DNA of 64,000 nt from Planctomycetota bacterium (GCA_022071975.1 JAJVIO010000007.1:18715-82714); one strand, 5' to 3'; counted from the first letter of the stretch, positions 39,863 to 49,672 are shown. The notes: generated by a model from the sequence alone, not told the origin. A program made the numbers and translations.

Positions 39863-40959
39863 TATGCTTCCGTGGCGATTTCCCGGGCGTACAAGGGCGC
39901 CAGCGCGACGCCCATGCCGCCGAAGCCGGCTATGATCTCCGTGTGCGCATCCAGCCTTCTGCGCGGCGAGCCGCCGAGGTGTTGGCCCCCCACAAAACCC
40001 ATCATGCCGGCCCAGTGGTAGTCGGTGGTCCAGTCGCGGTGGCCGATTACCAGCTCCGCCTGCTGCTCCAGCCATTGCCGCACATGCACCGTGGGCCGCA
40101 GCTCCGAGGTTCCCGTCTCGGCCGGGAAGCGGTTGCGCCCGCCGCCGATCAGCAGGCGGCCGTCAACGAAGCGGAAGTAGTCGTAGCCCTGGTTCATGTA
40201 GCCGAGCGCCTTGGTGGTCAAGGTGCTGACCGGGCTGGTCACGATCACCTGCCCGCGCCCCGGGACCACGTGGCTTGTCGCGTCAAGCTCAGCGGCGAAA
40301 GCGTTGGTGCAGATGAACGCGCGCCGGTACTTCAACTCGATGCGCCGCCCGGCTACTTCCAGCTCGGCTGTGCCGTCCCCGACCCGCACGGCCCGTACCC
40401 CGAACGCGTAGCGCGCATGCGGTGAATGCGCCTGCAGCAGCTGCAACAGTCGAACCGGGTGTACGCCGGCGTCGGCAGCGTTGAAGTACGCCTCGCGCTC
40501 TGCACCGCCCAGGTTCGCGGGCCGGACGCTGTACAGCTCTTCGCCCGCGGCGACGTTGAGTTGCCCAAGCAGTTCACGGCCGGCGTCATTGACCGGGTCG
40601 TAATCGACCGAGCCGCAGGGGTCGATCGCAAGCTCGGGGAACTCGCGGCGCGCGATGGCGATGCCCTTGCGCCGACGCAGGAAGGTGTCGATCACGCCGT
40701 CAAAGCCCGCCGTCTCGAGGTCCGCCAGCATTTCGCTGACCTGGCCGCAGGTCAGGAAGCCCGCGTTGCGGCTGGACGCACCATAGCTGAAGCCGTCGCG
40801 CTCGATCACCTGCACGCTCTGGCCGCGCAGGAAATACGCCAGCCAGCGCCCCATGAATCCGGCGCCGACAATCAGCACGTCAACCTCGCGCGCGAGCTCG
40901 CCGGCCGGGGGCGCGGGCTGCAGTCCGGACTCCCAGTAACTTGGATGACGCACGCTCAT
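39862..40959 (-). CDS. FAD-dependent oxidoreductase (DAO family)
   Basis: N-terminal dinucleotide-binding fold VDVLIVGAGFMGRWLAYFL. Confidence 0.8.
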   Translation of the reverse strand: MSVRHPSYWESGLQPAPPAGELAREVDVLIVGAGFMGRWLAYFLRGQSVQVIERDGFSYGASSRNAGFLTCGQVSEMLADLETAGFDGVIDTFLRRRKGIAIARREFPELAIDPCGSVDYDPVNDAGRELLGQLNVAAGEELYSVRPANLGGAEREAYFNAADAGVHPVRLLQLLQAHSPHARYAFGVRAVRVGDGTAELEVAGRRIELKYRRAFICTNAFAAELDATSHVVPGRGQVIVTSPVSTLTTKALGYMNQGYDYFRFVDGRLLIGGGRNRFPAETGTSELRPTVHVRQWLEQQAELVIGHRDWTTDYHWAGMMGFVGGQHLGGSPRRRLDAHTEIIAGFGGMGVALAPLYAREIATEA

Positions 40960-41044
40960 GGGTTAAGTCTGTAAATCTACTCTACTTCGCGCCAGACGCG
41001 TTCTGGCATGGCGGGCTTGAGTCGCTAAAGTTGAGGCCGGAAGG

Positions 41045-41989
41045 ATGCAGATGGATCGCAAACCGGGACCCAACGACGCCTGCTGGTGCGGCAGCGGCAG
41101 GAAGTACAAGAAGTGCCACCAGGCCCAGGACCAGGCCGGCGCGCAGGGCGTGGTAGAGGCGCCCGCGGCCACTCCGCGCCGCGACCCACTGCACCTGAAC
41201 GAGGAAGAACGCAACTGCATGCGCCGCGCCTGCGCCTTCAACGCGCAGCTGATGGATTACATCCGCGACTACGTGAAGCCCGGCATCAGCACCGGCGAAA
41301 TCGACCAGCTGGTGCACGACTACACCGTCCAGCACGGCCACAAGCCTGCCACGCTGGGCTATCGCGGCTTCACAAAGAGCTGCTGCACCAGCGTGAACGA
41401 AGTGATCTGCCACGGCATCCCCGGCCCGCTGATGCTGAAGGAAGGCGACATCATCAACGTGGACCTCACCAGCATCGTGGACGGCTGGTACGGCGACCAG
41501 AGCGAAACACTGCTGGTCGGCGATGTCAGCGACGAGGCCCTGCGCGTCACCCAGTGCAGCTTCGACGCCATGTGGGCGGCCATCGACGCGCTCACGCCCG
41601 GCTGCAAGGTGAAAGAGATCGGCCGCGCCATCCAGCGCGTGGCCAAGGCCGAGGGCTTCTCGGTGGTGAAGGAGTTCTTCGGCCACGGCATCGGCAAGCG
41701 CTTTCACCAGCGGCCGCACATCCCCCACTTCGCCGAGAACAACCACGGTAACGAAGTGCTTGAGCCCGGCATGTGCTTCACAATCGAGCCGATGATCAAC
41801 GTGGGCAGCTGGCGTTCGGAGATTGACCGCGCCGACGGCTGGACGGCCTACACCATTGACGGCAAGCTCTCGGCCCAGTTCGAGCACACCATCCTGATGA
41901 CCGAGAAGGGCCCCGAGGTCATGACCCTGACCAGGCGCGGCCCCCAGCGCGGTCACAAGTTCACCAACCAGCAGACGGCAAACGCGTAA
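41045..41989 (+). CDS. map: Type I methionine aminopeptidase with N-terminal SEC-C zinc motif
   Basis: CWCGSGRKYKKCH, then TSVNEVICHGIP, DIINVDLT, FFGHGIG and FTIEPMIN. Confidence 0.95.
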   Translation: MQMDRKPGPNDACWCGSGRKYKKCHQAQDQAGAQGVVEAPAATPRRDPLHLNEEERNCMRRACAFNAQLMDYIRDYVKPGISTGEIDQLVHDYTVQHGHKPATLGYRGFTKSCCTSVNEVICHGIPGPLMLKEGDIINVDLTSIVDGWYGDQSETLLVGDVSDEALRVTQCSFDAMWAAIDALTPGCKVKEIGRAIQRVAKAEGFSVVKEFFGHGIGKRFHQRPHIPHFAENNHGNEVLEPGMCFTIEPMINVGSWRSEIDRADGWTAYTIDGKLSAQFEHTILMTEKGPEVMTLTRRGPQRGHKFTNQQTANA

Positions 41990-42275
41990 ATCAACGCGAA
42001 GAAGCGAAGGCGCGCCTTGGAAGGCAGTGCGGCATGGAAAGCATTTGGTCAGGATGAACAGGAGTGAAAGGGAAGCGGTTTGGTACTCGAATCTGACTGA
42101 TCAAGCCGGGCATCCCACAGCGGATTCTGCGGTTGCTTACGACGAACGGGCAGCGTCCACTTCATCCTTGTCCATCCTGACAACACTTCTTGCTGCTCGG
42201 ATGAACGCACGGCGTGCAGCCCGCGTACGACCCTTCGCTCCTTCGTTCCTTCGTGTCTAACCAAGCGCGAGCAGG
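41990..42275. repeat. 285-bp nested imperfect palindrome between convergent genes
   Basis: Outer arms CGCGAAGAAGCGAAGG (41995-42010) and CCTTCGCTCCTTCGTTCCTTCG (42232-42253). Inner arms GGTCAGGATGAACAGG (42047-42062) and CCTTGTCCATCCTGAC (42166-42181). Confidence 0.75.
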
Positions 42276-43109
42276 TTACGCGGTCTCCAGCTCGACCGGA
42301 CCGCGCGGAGGTGGGAAGGCCTCATCCAGCTCGGCCAGGTCTTGCGGCGTCAAGAGCAGCTCCGCGGCCGCCGCGTTCTGGCGCAGGCGCGTTTCGTTGC
42401 TGGATTTCGGAATAGTGACGACACCTTCGTTGCGCACACTCCAGGCCAGGGCCACTTGCTCGGGAGTGGCGTTGTGGCGCGCGGCCACGGCCTTCAACTG
42501 TTTCGGCTTGCGCAGGCGCCCCTGGTCCAGGGGCGAGTAGGCCATGATCAGCACACCGCGTGGATGGCACCACGGAACCATGTCGGCTTCGATGCCGCGC
42601 CGCTGCAGGTTGTAGAGCACCTGGTTGGTCGCGTTCTCGCCGGGCGCGATGCGCTCGCATTCTGCCAGGTCGTCCATGCGCAGGTTGCTCACGCCCCAGT
42701 AGCGGATCTTGCCGCTGTCGCGCAGCTCGCGAAACGCGGCGATGGTGTCGGCCAACGGGTGCTCGCCCGGCCAGTGCAGCAGGTACAGGTCGATGGTCTC
42801 CACACCCAGGCGCTTTAAGCTGCGCTCGCAGGCTTTCACCGTGCCCTTGCGCGAGGCGTTCTGCGGCAGCACCTTGCTGACCAGGAACACGCCGTCACGG
42901 CGGCCGGCAATGGCTTCGCCCACCACTTCTTCGGCGTCGCCGGAGGCGTACATTTCGGCCGTGTCGATCAGGTTCATGCCCAGCTCAAGGCCGAGCTGCA
43001 GTGCGCGCACTTCCTGCGCGCGCGAGCGACGAGATTCTCCCATTTCCCACGTGCCCTGGCCGATCAGCGGCAGGGCCTCGAGAATGCGGCCAAAGGTTGT
43101 GGTACGCAT
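42276..43109 (-). CDS. Aldo/keto reductase
   Basis: LIDTAEMYASGDAEEVVGEAI and IDLYLLHWP are AKR signatures. GAGGG SD. Confidence 0.9.
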   Translation of the reverse strand: MRTTTFGRILEALPLIGQGTWEMGESRRSRAQEVRALQLGLELGMNLIDTAEMYASGDAEEVVGEAIAGRRDGVFLVSKVLPQNASRKGTVKACERSLKRLGVETIDLYLLHWPGEHPLADTIAAFRELRDSGKIRYWGVSNLRMDDLAECERIAPGENATNQVLYNLQRRGIEADMVPWCHPRGVLIMAYSPLDQGRLRKPKQLKAVAARHNATPEQVALAWSVRNEGVVTIPKSSNETRLRQNAAAAELLLTPQDLAELDEAFPPPRGPVELETA

Positions 43110-43140
43110 AATCCCTCAATCGGCCCACCGGCCGAAGCGC

Positions 43141-45120
43141 CTACTTCAGTATGCGGAACAGGTTGGAGAAGTCATCCGTCCAGGCCGGCAGCTCGCGCAC
43201 CGGCGGGTCAACCGGCGCGGGCGGCAGACTGCGCACGGAATCACTTAGAATCAGCCACTCGGCGTGCAGGACGCGGTTCGGCAGGTCGTCGCTGGTCTCA
43301 ATGTGCACCCAGTGCCAGCCGTTGGCGCGCGCGGCCGCGGCTACCACGGGTGCCAGCTCGAGGTGATGATTCGTGATGTTCACGGCGATCACGCCGCCCG
43401 GCGCCAGGTGGCGGCGGTAAATCGCAAAGGCCTCCAGCGTCAGCAGGTGCACCGGCACGGCGTCGCTGCTGAAGGCATCCAGCACCAGCACGTCGAATCC
43501 TTGCGGTAGCTCTGCATCAAGCAGCAGGCGGCCGTCCCCGATCGCCACCTGCACTTTGGCCTTGCACTCGGCGAGAAAGGTGAAGTGCTCGCGCGCCAGT
43601 TCTTCGACCTCCGGGTCGAGCTCATAGAAACGATAGACGTCGCCTTCGCGGCCGTAAGCCGCCAGGGTGCCGATGCCGAGGCCCACCACGCCGACTCTGC
43701 GCTGGGCGTCGCCGTTTGCCAGCACGCGCCCTACTCCTGAGCCCGGGCTGAAGTAGGTGATCGGCTGGAGCTTTCGTTCGTCGAGAAACTGCTCGCCGTG
43801 GTTGGTGGTGCCGTGCACCAGCGTGCGCACGCCCTCGGCCTCAACCACGCGCGACACGCCGAAGAACGACCGGCGCGAGTCGATGCTGTCACGCGCCTCG
43901 CGCCGCATGGCGGAAGCGTGCGCGTCAACCCAGGCCAGTACCAGCAGCAGGATGCCCACCCAGGCCCAGCGCGGTTTGAGCCCGTGCAGCTTGCTTGACT
44001 TGTCAACAGCCAGCGCGCCCAGCAGCGCCAGCAGGCAGAGCAGCTGCCCGAGCTCGTACTCCCAGTACAGCGGGAACAGGCGCGGCGCCAGCACGCCCAC
44101 GAACGCGCCGCCCAGGGCGCCGCCGGCGGCGATCGACAGGTAGAAGCCGGTCAACCCGGCCGGGGCGGGGCGCAGGCGGTACAGTTCGGCGTGCAGGGCC
44201 AGGCAGGCAAGCAGCAGCGCCGCGGCGAACAGCAGAATGCGAAGCAGGAGCGCCACTTCGCCCGCGCCCGTGGCCGCCAGCGTGAACAGCAGGAATGATG
44301 CCAGCAGCGCGCCGACCGTGAAGCGCCGCGTGCCCAGCCGCTCGCTGCCGAACGCCAGCACGAAGCTGAACAGGTACAGCCCCAACGGAAGCACCCACAG
44401 GAACGGCGTCGGCGCGATGTTGATCGTCATCTCGTTGGTGACGGCCATCAGCATCCACACGCCGCATGCCGCCAGCGCAAACCACAAAACGCGTGTGGGC
44501 CAGCCGACTGGCGCCGCGGGCTCGGCGGCCGCGCTCTCCGGCGCCGGGCGCAACGCGCGCCGCAGTGCGGTGAGCAGCGTGGTCAGTGCGAAGCTTCCGT
44601 AGCCAGCCGACCAGCCCCAGGCCTGCGCGTCGCGCCCCAGCCATGGCTCAAGCGCAAAGGGGTACGCCAGCAGCGCCAGCAGCGAGCCGATGTTGCTCAG
44701 CGCGTACAGTCGATACACCCGCGCGCCATGCCGCTCGCCGCTCAGCCACGATTGCAGCAGCGGCGAAGTCGCGGCCAGCACGAAGAACGGCAGGCCCACC
44801 GTGCGCAGCAGAAGCCACAGGATCTCCAGCGCGGGCTCGCCCCCTTCCGGCGTGAAGCCGGCTGGGATCACGGGCAGGAACGCCAGCCCGCACAGCGCCA
44901 GCAGCCCGTGCACGGCGCCCTGCACGCGCGGCGATGCCAGCCGCGAAAGCAGGTGCGCGTAACCGTAACCCGCCAGCAGCGCGGCCTGGAAGAACAGCAG
45001 CGCCATCGTCCACACCGCGGGCGCGCCGCCGTACATCGGCAGAATGTAACGGCCGATCAACGGCTGCAGCAGGAACAGCAGGAAAGCCGCCAGGGCAATT
45101 GTGGCCGCATGCGCGAACAT
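43141..45120 (-). CDS. Fused polytopic membrane domain / spermidine synthase-like methyltransferase-fold protein
   Basis: Start MFAHAATIALAAFLLFLLQP. About 11 TM helices, then VGVVGLGIGTLAAY...DVLVLDAFSSDAVPVHL (spermidine-synthase-like). Confidence 0.75.
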   Translation of the reverse strand: MFAHAATIALAAFLLFLLQPLIGRYILPMYGGAPAVWTMALLFFQAALLAGYGYAHLLSRLASPRVQGAVHGLLALCGLAFLPVIPAGFTPEGGEPALEILWLLLRTVGLPFFVLAATSPLLQSWLSGERHGARVYRLYALSNIGSLLALLAYPFALEPWLGRDAQAWGWSAGYGSFALTTLLTALRRALRPAPESAAAEPAAPVGWPTRVLWFALAACGVWMLMAVTNEMTINIAPTPFLWVLPLGLYLFSFVLAFGSERLGTRRFTVGALLASFLLFTLAATGAGEVALLLRILLFAAALLLACLALHAELYRLRPAPAGLTGFYLSIAAGGALGGAFVGVLAPRLFPLYWEYELGQLLCLLALLGALAVDKSSKLHGLKPRWAWVGILLLVLAWVDAHASAMRREARDSIDSRRSFFGVSRVVEAEGVRTLVHGTTNHGEQFLDERKLQPITYFSPGSGVGRVLANGDAQRRVGVVGLGIGTLAAYGREGDVYRFYELDPEVEELAREHFTFLAECKAKVQVAIGDGRLLLDAELPQGFDVLVLDAFSSDAVPVHLLTLEAFAIYRRHLAPGGVIAVNITNHHLELAPVVAAAARANGWHWVHIETSDDLPNRVLHAEWLILSDSVRSLPPAPVDPPVRELPAWTDDFSNLFRILK

Positions 45121-45280
45121 CGCCCAAGTGTAGCGGCCGTTCGCCGCGGCATACACGTTCTCTGTCCGCAAACGCTCGCGGGGTCGAGCAGCGGCTGCGG
45201 AATCAAGCCGCGGGTGAGACAGTGCCGCGCCGAGGCCCATGCATGTGTTCGGGTTCGCTGTGCTCAGCGGCGGGCGACTG

Positions 45281-46783
45281 CTACGCCGCGCCGACTTTGT
45301 CGCGGCGGATTACTCTCGTTTCGTGGAAGGCCTTCATGGTGGTCGGGTAGATTTCGGTCAAGGCCACGCGGCGGCCGGGCTCGACGATCATGCTCATGTG
45401 GTGCCGTTCGATCTCGTTGGGGTGCGTCACGCCGAGGGCGCGGGCGATCATCATGACGTCGTGGTGGATGGCGCTCAGGTAGTTCGCCACGCGCTGCGAC
45501 TTCTGGCCGGGCACAAGGCCGCGCACCAGCCAGGGGTTGTTGGTCGCGACGCCCGTGGGGCAGTGGTTGGTGTCGCATTGCAGGGCCTGGATGCAGCCCA
45601 GCGCGAACATAAAGCCGCGCGCGATGTGCACCAGGTCGGCGCCCAAGCCCAGCGCGATCGCGACCTCGGCGCCGGTGATGCAACGGCCGGAACCGATCAC
45701 CAGCACCTTGTTGCGCGCGCCGGCCTCGCGCAGGTGGTTGTCGGTGATGACCAGCGCCTCCTGCAGGCTGATGCCCATGTGGTCAGCCAGCGACATGGGC
45801 GCGGCGCCGGTGCCGCCCTCGGCGCCGTCAATCGTGATGAAGTCGGGGCCGTCGTCGTGCTCGGCGATGTAGCGGGCGACGTCGCGAATGAACTCCTCAC
45901 CGCCCAGCACGGCCTTGAAACCGACCGGCTTGCCGCCGGACAGGGTGCGCAGTCGGTCGATGTATTCCATCAGGGAGTCGATGTCGTTGACCTCGGCGTG
46001 GCGGTTGGGTGAGTGGCAGTCAACGCCCAAGGGGACGCCGCGGATCTCGGAGATTTCGCGGGTGATCTTTTCCTTGGGCAGCACGCCGCCCTTGCCCGGC
46101 TTGGCGCCCTGGGAAAGCTTGAGCTCGATGGCCTTGATCTGCGGGTTTTCGCAGAGTTTGGCGAACTTGTCCGGGTCAAACTTGCCGTCCGGTGTGCGGC
46201 AGCCGAACTTGGCGGGCCCCAGCTGGAACATCAGGTCGCCGCCGCCCTGGAAGTGGTAGGGGCTGCAGCCGCCCTCGCCGGTGTTGAGGTAGCCACCGGC
46301 CAGCTTCGCGCCCTGGCTGAGGGCCAGGATCGCGTTCTTGCTGAGGGCGCCATAGCTCATGCCGGAGATGTTGGCGACGTGGCGCACCGGGTAGGGCTGG
46401 GCCCGGTTGGGGCCGAGCACGATGGGGGCGATTTCGTCGCTGGCGCCGACGTCATAGGTCGGGAAGGCGGAGGGGTTGAACTTGATGATGCCGGGGGCGT
46501 CGAGGTCAAGCTGGGTGCCGAAGGGCATGGCGTTGAGCTCGCCCTTGGCGGCGCGGTAGGCCCAGGTGCGCTGCAGGCGGTTGAAGGGGCGCTCGATCAG
46601 GTCGCTGGTGACGATGTACTGGCGCAGGGGCGGGCCCAGCGACTCGAACAGGTAGCGCAGGCGCCCGACAATGGGGAAGTTGCGCACGATGGTGCGCCTG
46701 GTCTGCAGGATGTCGAACAGGGTGGTCAACACGATGTACGCGCCGATCACGATCAACACCCAACCCCACCATGGCATAAGCAT
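45281..46783 (-). CDS. FMN-binding glutamate synthase family protein (GltB central-domain-like) with N-terminal TM helix
   Basis: ISGMSYGALS, ITIDGAEGGTGAAP and RVLVIGSGRCITGAEVA-type motifs. The start may be ATG 46777, which gives better SD spacing. Confidence 0.8.
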   Translation of the reverse strand: MLMPWWGWVLIVIGAYIVLTTLFDILQTRRTIVRNFPIVGRLRYLFESLGPPLRQYIVTSDLIERPFNRLQRTWAYRAAKGELNAMPFGTQLDLDAPGIIKFNPSAFPTYDVGASDEIAPIVLGPNRAQPYPVRHVANISGMSYGALSKNAILALSQGAKLAGGYLNTGEGGCSPYHFQGGGDLMFQLGPAKFGCRTPDGKFDPDKFAKLCENPQIKAIELKLSQGAKPGKGGVLPKEKITREISEIRGVPLGVDCHSPNRHAEVNDIDSLMEYIDRLRTLSGGKPVGFKAVLGGEEFIRDVARYIAEHDDGPDFITIDGAEGGTGAAPMSLADHMGISLQEALVITDNHLREAGARNKVLVIGSGRCITGAEVAIALGLGADLVHIARGFMFALGCIQALQCDTNHCPTGVATNNPWLVRGLVPGQKSQRVANYLSAIHHDVMMIARALGVTHPNEIERHHMSMIVEPGRRVALTEIYPTTMKAFHETRVIRRDKVGAA

Positions 46784-46858
46784 CTCCTGAGTGGCGCGAT
46801 TCTAAACAGAACACCCCGCGGCATGATACAGCCACGGGGTGTCGATTTGTGCGGCGGC

Positions 46859-47272
46859 TTATTCGTCGTTGTTGCGCACGCGCTGGGCCTCTTCGGCAAT
46901 GGCGGAGCTGACCAGCTTGGTGAATTCTTCGTTCGAGAACGGCTTGGCCAGGAACGCGTAGATGCCCATCATGACCGCGCGCTCCAGCTGGTGGGCCTCG
47001 ATTTCACCGGTGAGCAGCAGGATCGGCGTGTTGCGGTGGTGCGCGCCCTGGCGCAGCAGGGCGATGAAGTCGAGGCCGGAACCATCCTGCAGGTCATGGT
47101 CTACGACGACGACGTCGGGCGCGCTGTGGCGCAGGAGTGCTTCCGCGTCGGCCAGGCTGCTGACGGTGTGGCAGGTGGCGCCGATGCCTTCAATCAGGCC
47201 GCGGCATTGGGCGGAAGACTTGGCGTCGCTCTCGATTAGTAGAACGAGGCTCTGCCGGGCGTGAATGTCCAT
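46859..47272 (-). CDS. Stand-alone response-regulator receiver protein (CheY-like)
   Basis: VLLIESD...PDVVVVDHDLQDGSG...ILLLTG...AFLAKPF. AGGAG SD. Confidence 0.85.
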   Translation of the reverse strand: MDIHARQSLVLLIESDAKSSAQCRGLIEGIGATCHTVSSLADAEALLRHSAPDVVVVDHDLQDGSGLDFIALLRQGAHHRNTPILLLTGEIEAHQLERAVMMGIYAFLAKPFSNEEFTKLVSSAIAEEAQRVRNNDE

Positions 47273-47543
47273 GGGGGTACTCCTGCGGAGGTTCTGGTTG
47301 GTTCTTTAGTCAATTTGTCAGGCGGCGTCCAGCTACGCCATGGGTTGTGCTGAGATGAAGCGGCTGGGCTTATGTTGTGCATATAGCGCGTTTTTGCGGC
47401 TTCTCTTCAGTTTCAACCTGGAGTAACTGTAGCCCACCAAACTCGAAAAAACCAGTCAAAACGTAATGTATATCGTTGCGAGGAGCGTCCGCCTGGGGGC
47501 CACCTGGATAGCAAGCCCCCAGGCCACTTCGATCCCCCACGTT

Positions 47544-48698
47544 TCACCCGCTTACCGCCACGCTCTGCAACTCATTGGTGATGCCGCGCAGCGTTACAGG
47601 TCGTAACGCCTGGCGTTTGTCGCACAAGGCCTCTTCTTTACAGGGGTGCATCTCGACGATCACGCCCTGTGCGCCGACGGCGTGGGCCGCACGGCACAGC
47701 GCGGGTATCAGCTCGTCGCGGCCGGCGGCGTGGCTGGGATCCACGATCACCGGCAGGTGGGTGAGCTCGCGCAGGGCGGCTACACTTGACAGGTCAAGGG
47801 TGTTGCGGGTTTCGCGCTCGAAGGTGCGGATGCCGCGCTCGCACAGCACCACGTTGGGGTTGCCTTCCAGCAGGATGTACTCCCCGGCGCACAGCCATTC
47901 GCGGATGCTTGCGCTGGGCCCGCGCTTGAGCAGTACCGGCCGTCCCGTGCGGGCGCATGCCCGCAGCAGCGGCACATTCTGCATGTTGCGGGCGCCGATC
48001 TGCAGCAGCTCGGCGTGCTCGGCCACGGCTTGCGCGTCGGCGGGGTCCAGCACCTCGGTGACCACCGCCATGCCGCGCGAATGCGCCGCGTCCGCCAGCC
48101 AGCGCAGCCCCTGCAGCCCGTGGCCCTGGAACTCGTAGGGGCTGGTACGCGGCTTGAAGGCGCCGCCGCGCAGGACGCGCACCCCGGCCGCGCGGGCGTG
48201 GTCGGCGGCGAGGTTGATCTGGGCCTCGGATTCCACGGCGCAGGGGCCGGCGATTACTTCGAACAAGCCCGCGCCGATGCGTGCCTCGCCGACCTGCACT
48301 ACAGTGGGTGCGCGCCCGGGCTCGATGCGCGCCAGCCGGAACCCGTCGGAATCGGGCGGCGTGGCGCGACTGGTGTTCGCCGCGCGCACTTCCAGCTGGG
48401 CGGCGAAGCCGTGACGCGCGAGCACCTGGTAGAAGTCGCGCACCACGCGGGGCGGCAGGCCTAGCGCCTCGCCCAGCCGGCATAGCTGACCGGTGTGCTC
48501 GGCCTCGCGGATGGCGTCGTGGATCGGCCGATCGGTGACGCGCTTTGCGAGGCCGATGTTGGTCGCGACCTTTGCGCGCTCGGCCAGCAGCTGGAGTAGT
48601 CGTTCGTCAATGCGGTTGATCGAGGCGCGCAGGGCGCTGAAGACGAGGGCGTCGTCTCCGGCCTGTTTGGCCTCGGGTGTAATGGTAGTAGTGGTCAT
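47544..48698 (-). CDS. Bifunctional chorismate mutase (AroQ-like N-domain) / 3-deoxy-7-phosphoheptulonate (DAHP) synthase, type I-beta
   Basis: N-terminus [30 protein letters not shown] is AroQ-like. The remainder is KDO8P/DAHPS-like ([30 protein letters not shown]). Confidence 0.85.
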   Translation of the reverse strand: MTTTTITPEAKQAGDDALVFSALRASINRIDERLLQLLAERAKVATNIGLAKRVTDRPIHDAIREAEHTGQLCRLGEALGLPPRVVRDFYQVLARHGFAAQLEVRAANTSRATPPDSDGFRLARIEPGRAPTVVQVGEARIGAGLFEVIAGPCAVESEAQINLAADHARAAGVRVLRGGAFKPRTSPYEFQGHGLQGLRWLADAAHSRGMAVVTEVLDPADAQAVAEHAELLQIGARNMQNVPLLRACARTGRPVLLKRGPSASIREWLCAGEYILLEGNPNVVLCERGIRTFERETRNTLDLSSVAALRELTHLPVIVDPSHAAGRDELIPALCRAAHAVGAQGVIVEMHPCKEEALCDKRQALRPVTLRGITNELQSVAVSG

Positions 48699-49369
48699 GG
48701 CTCTGTTCCTTGGCGGACCAGCAGGGCTGCATCCGCGAGTTCGTTGGTTTCAGTGGCACGGGCACTTTTACCCATGGTCACGGAGCAAGCTCCGCGACTG
48801 TCAGCTCCGGCCTTGCGTGTCAGCAGCCGGAAGGTGGTGCGGTTGTCCGCAAAGTCCTGGATCGGCCCCTCGAGGGGGTAGAGGCCCGTGGCTTGGCCTA
48901 TGCCGATCGGCCCCAGCACGCATACGTGGCGGAGCCGGCAGGCCAGAAAATCAGGCGCGCGGCGCGCGCCGTCATCGACGATGCGCAACTCGAGGCCCGA
49001 GCGCTCGATCCAGTCGCGGCACTGCAGCGCCACCTGCGGGTGGGCCCAGGCCACGCGCAACTCTGCGCGACGCACGCCGGGCACCGCCAGCAGGTAGTGC
49101 TCGACGGGCAGGGTGATTTCGCCCAGGCTGACGAAGTCCTGCGCGGCCTGCAGCGCGTCGGTGATGTCGCCCGTGGTGCTGTTGTGAATCGGGAGCAGCA
49201 GCAGATCCGCCTGGGCGTTCGCGAGCGCCGCCGCGGCATCGGCGAAGCTTGCGAAGGGCCAGCCGGTAAATCGCTCCTGCAACAGTTTCAGGCCGGCGCG
49301 TTCGGAATGGCTGCCCGGGCCGCCCTGGTAGGCGACGCGGACGACCCTGCGTGACTCTCCGGTTTTCAT
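48695..49369 (-). CDS. pheA: Prephenate dehydratase, catalytic PDT domain only (no ACT domain evident)
   Basis: Start [23 protein letters not shown] with [37 protein letters not shown] and DNRTTFRLL. 224 aa. 4-nt overlap with the downstream gene. Confidence 0.8.
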   Translation of the reverse strand: MKTGESRRVVRVAYQGGPGSHSERAGLKLLQERFTGWPFASFADAAAALANAQADLLLLPIHNSTTGDITDALQAAQDFVSLGEITLPVEHYLLAVPGVRRAELRVAWAHPQVALQCRDWIERSGLELRIVDDGARRAPDFLACRLRHVCVLGPIGIGQATGLYPLEGPIQDFADNRTTFRLLTRKAGADSRGACSVTMGKSARATETNELADAALLVRQGTEP

Positions 49370-49384
49370 CTCGATCTCCCGGGT

Positions 49385-49419
49385 ACAAAAGAAAAGGCCC
49401 GCTGTTCTCAGCGGGCCTT
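49385..49419 (-). terminator. Rho-independent terminator (candidate attenuator) 15 nt upstream of the pheA start
   Basis: Minus strand reads AAGGCCCGCTG-AGAA-CAGCGGGCCTT followed by TTCTTTTGT. 11-bp stem plus U-tract. Confidence 0.7.
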
Positions 49420-49442
49420 GTGCAGCTTCCGGTATGGACCGA

Positions 49443-49517
49443 TCAGCCGAACAAACGCCCGCGCGCGCCAAAGTAGGCATAAGCGAGGGCGAAGAAGATG
49501 TTCGACATGCGGTTCAT
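49443..49517 (-). CDS. Candidate leader peptide MNRMSNIFFALAYAYFGARGRLFG (24 aa; 4 Phe and 2 Tyr)
   Basis: Own translation of the minus strand. Lies between a sigma70-like promoter and the terminator, immediately upstream of pheA. Weak SD (GAGAAAACC). Confidence 0.35.
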   Translation of the reverse strand: MNRMSNIFFALAYAYFGARGRLFG

Positions 49518-49535
49518 GGTTTTCTCAGGGGCGCA

Positions 49536-49563
49536 ACGATAGCGGGTTGCATTGACGAGTCAA
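49536..49563 (-). promoter_or_regulatory. Candidate sigma70-type promoter TTGACT-N16-TATCGT
   Basis: Minus strand: -35 at 49558-49563 and -10 at 49536-49541. About 20 nt upstream of the leader ATG. Confidence 0.35.
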
Positions 49564-49574
49564 GAGGAATTGTT

Positions 49575-49670
49575 GAGGTCAGAGGTCAGAGGCCGGGGAA
49601 AAGCTGTATCCCAAACCCCAAGCCCTAAGCAGTATCCCTGACCTCTAGCCTCTAACCTCTAGCCTCTGAG
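49575..49670. repeat. Imperfect inverted repeat of tandem words GAGGTCAGAGGTCAGAGGC / CCTGACCTCTAGCCTCTAACCTCTAGCCTCTGAG
   Basis: Read directly. Lies just downstream of the lolA-like stop on the minus strand, so it is a probable terminator structure. Confidence 0.7.
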
Positions 49671-49672
49671 CA

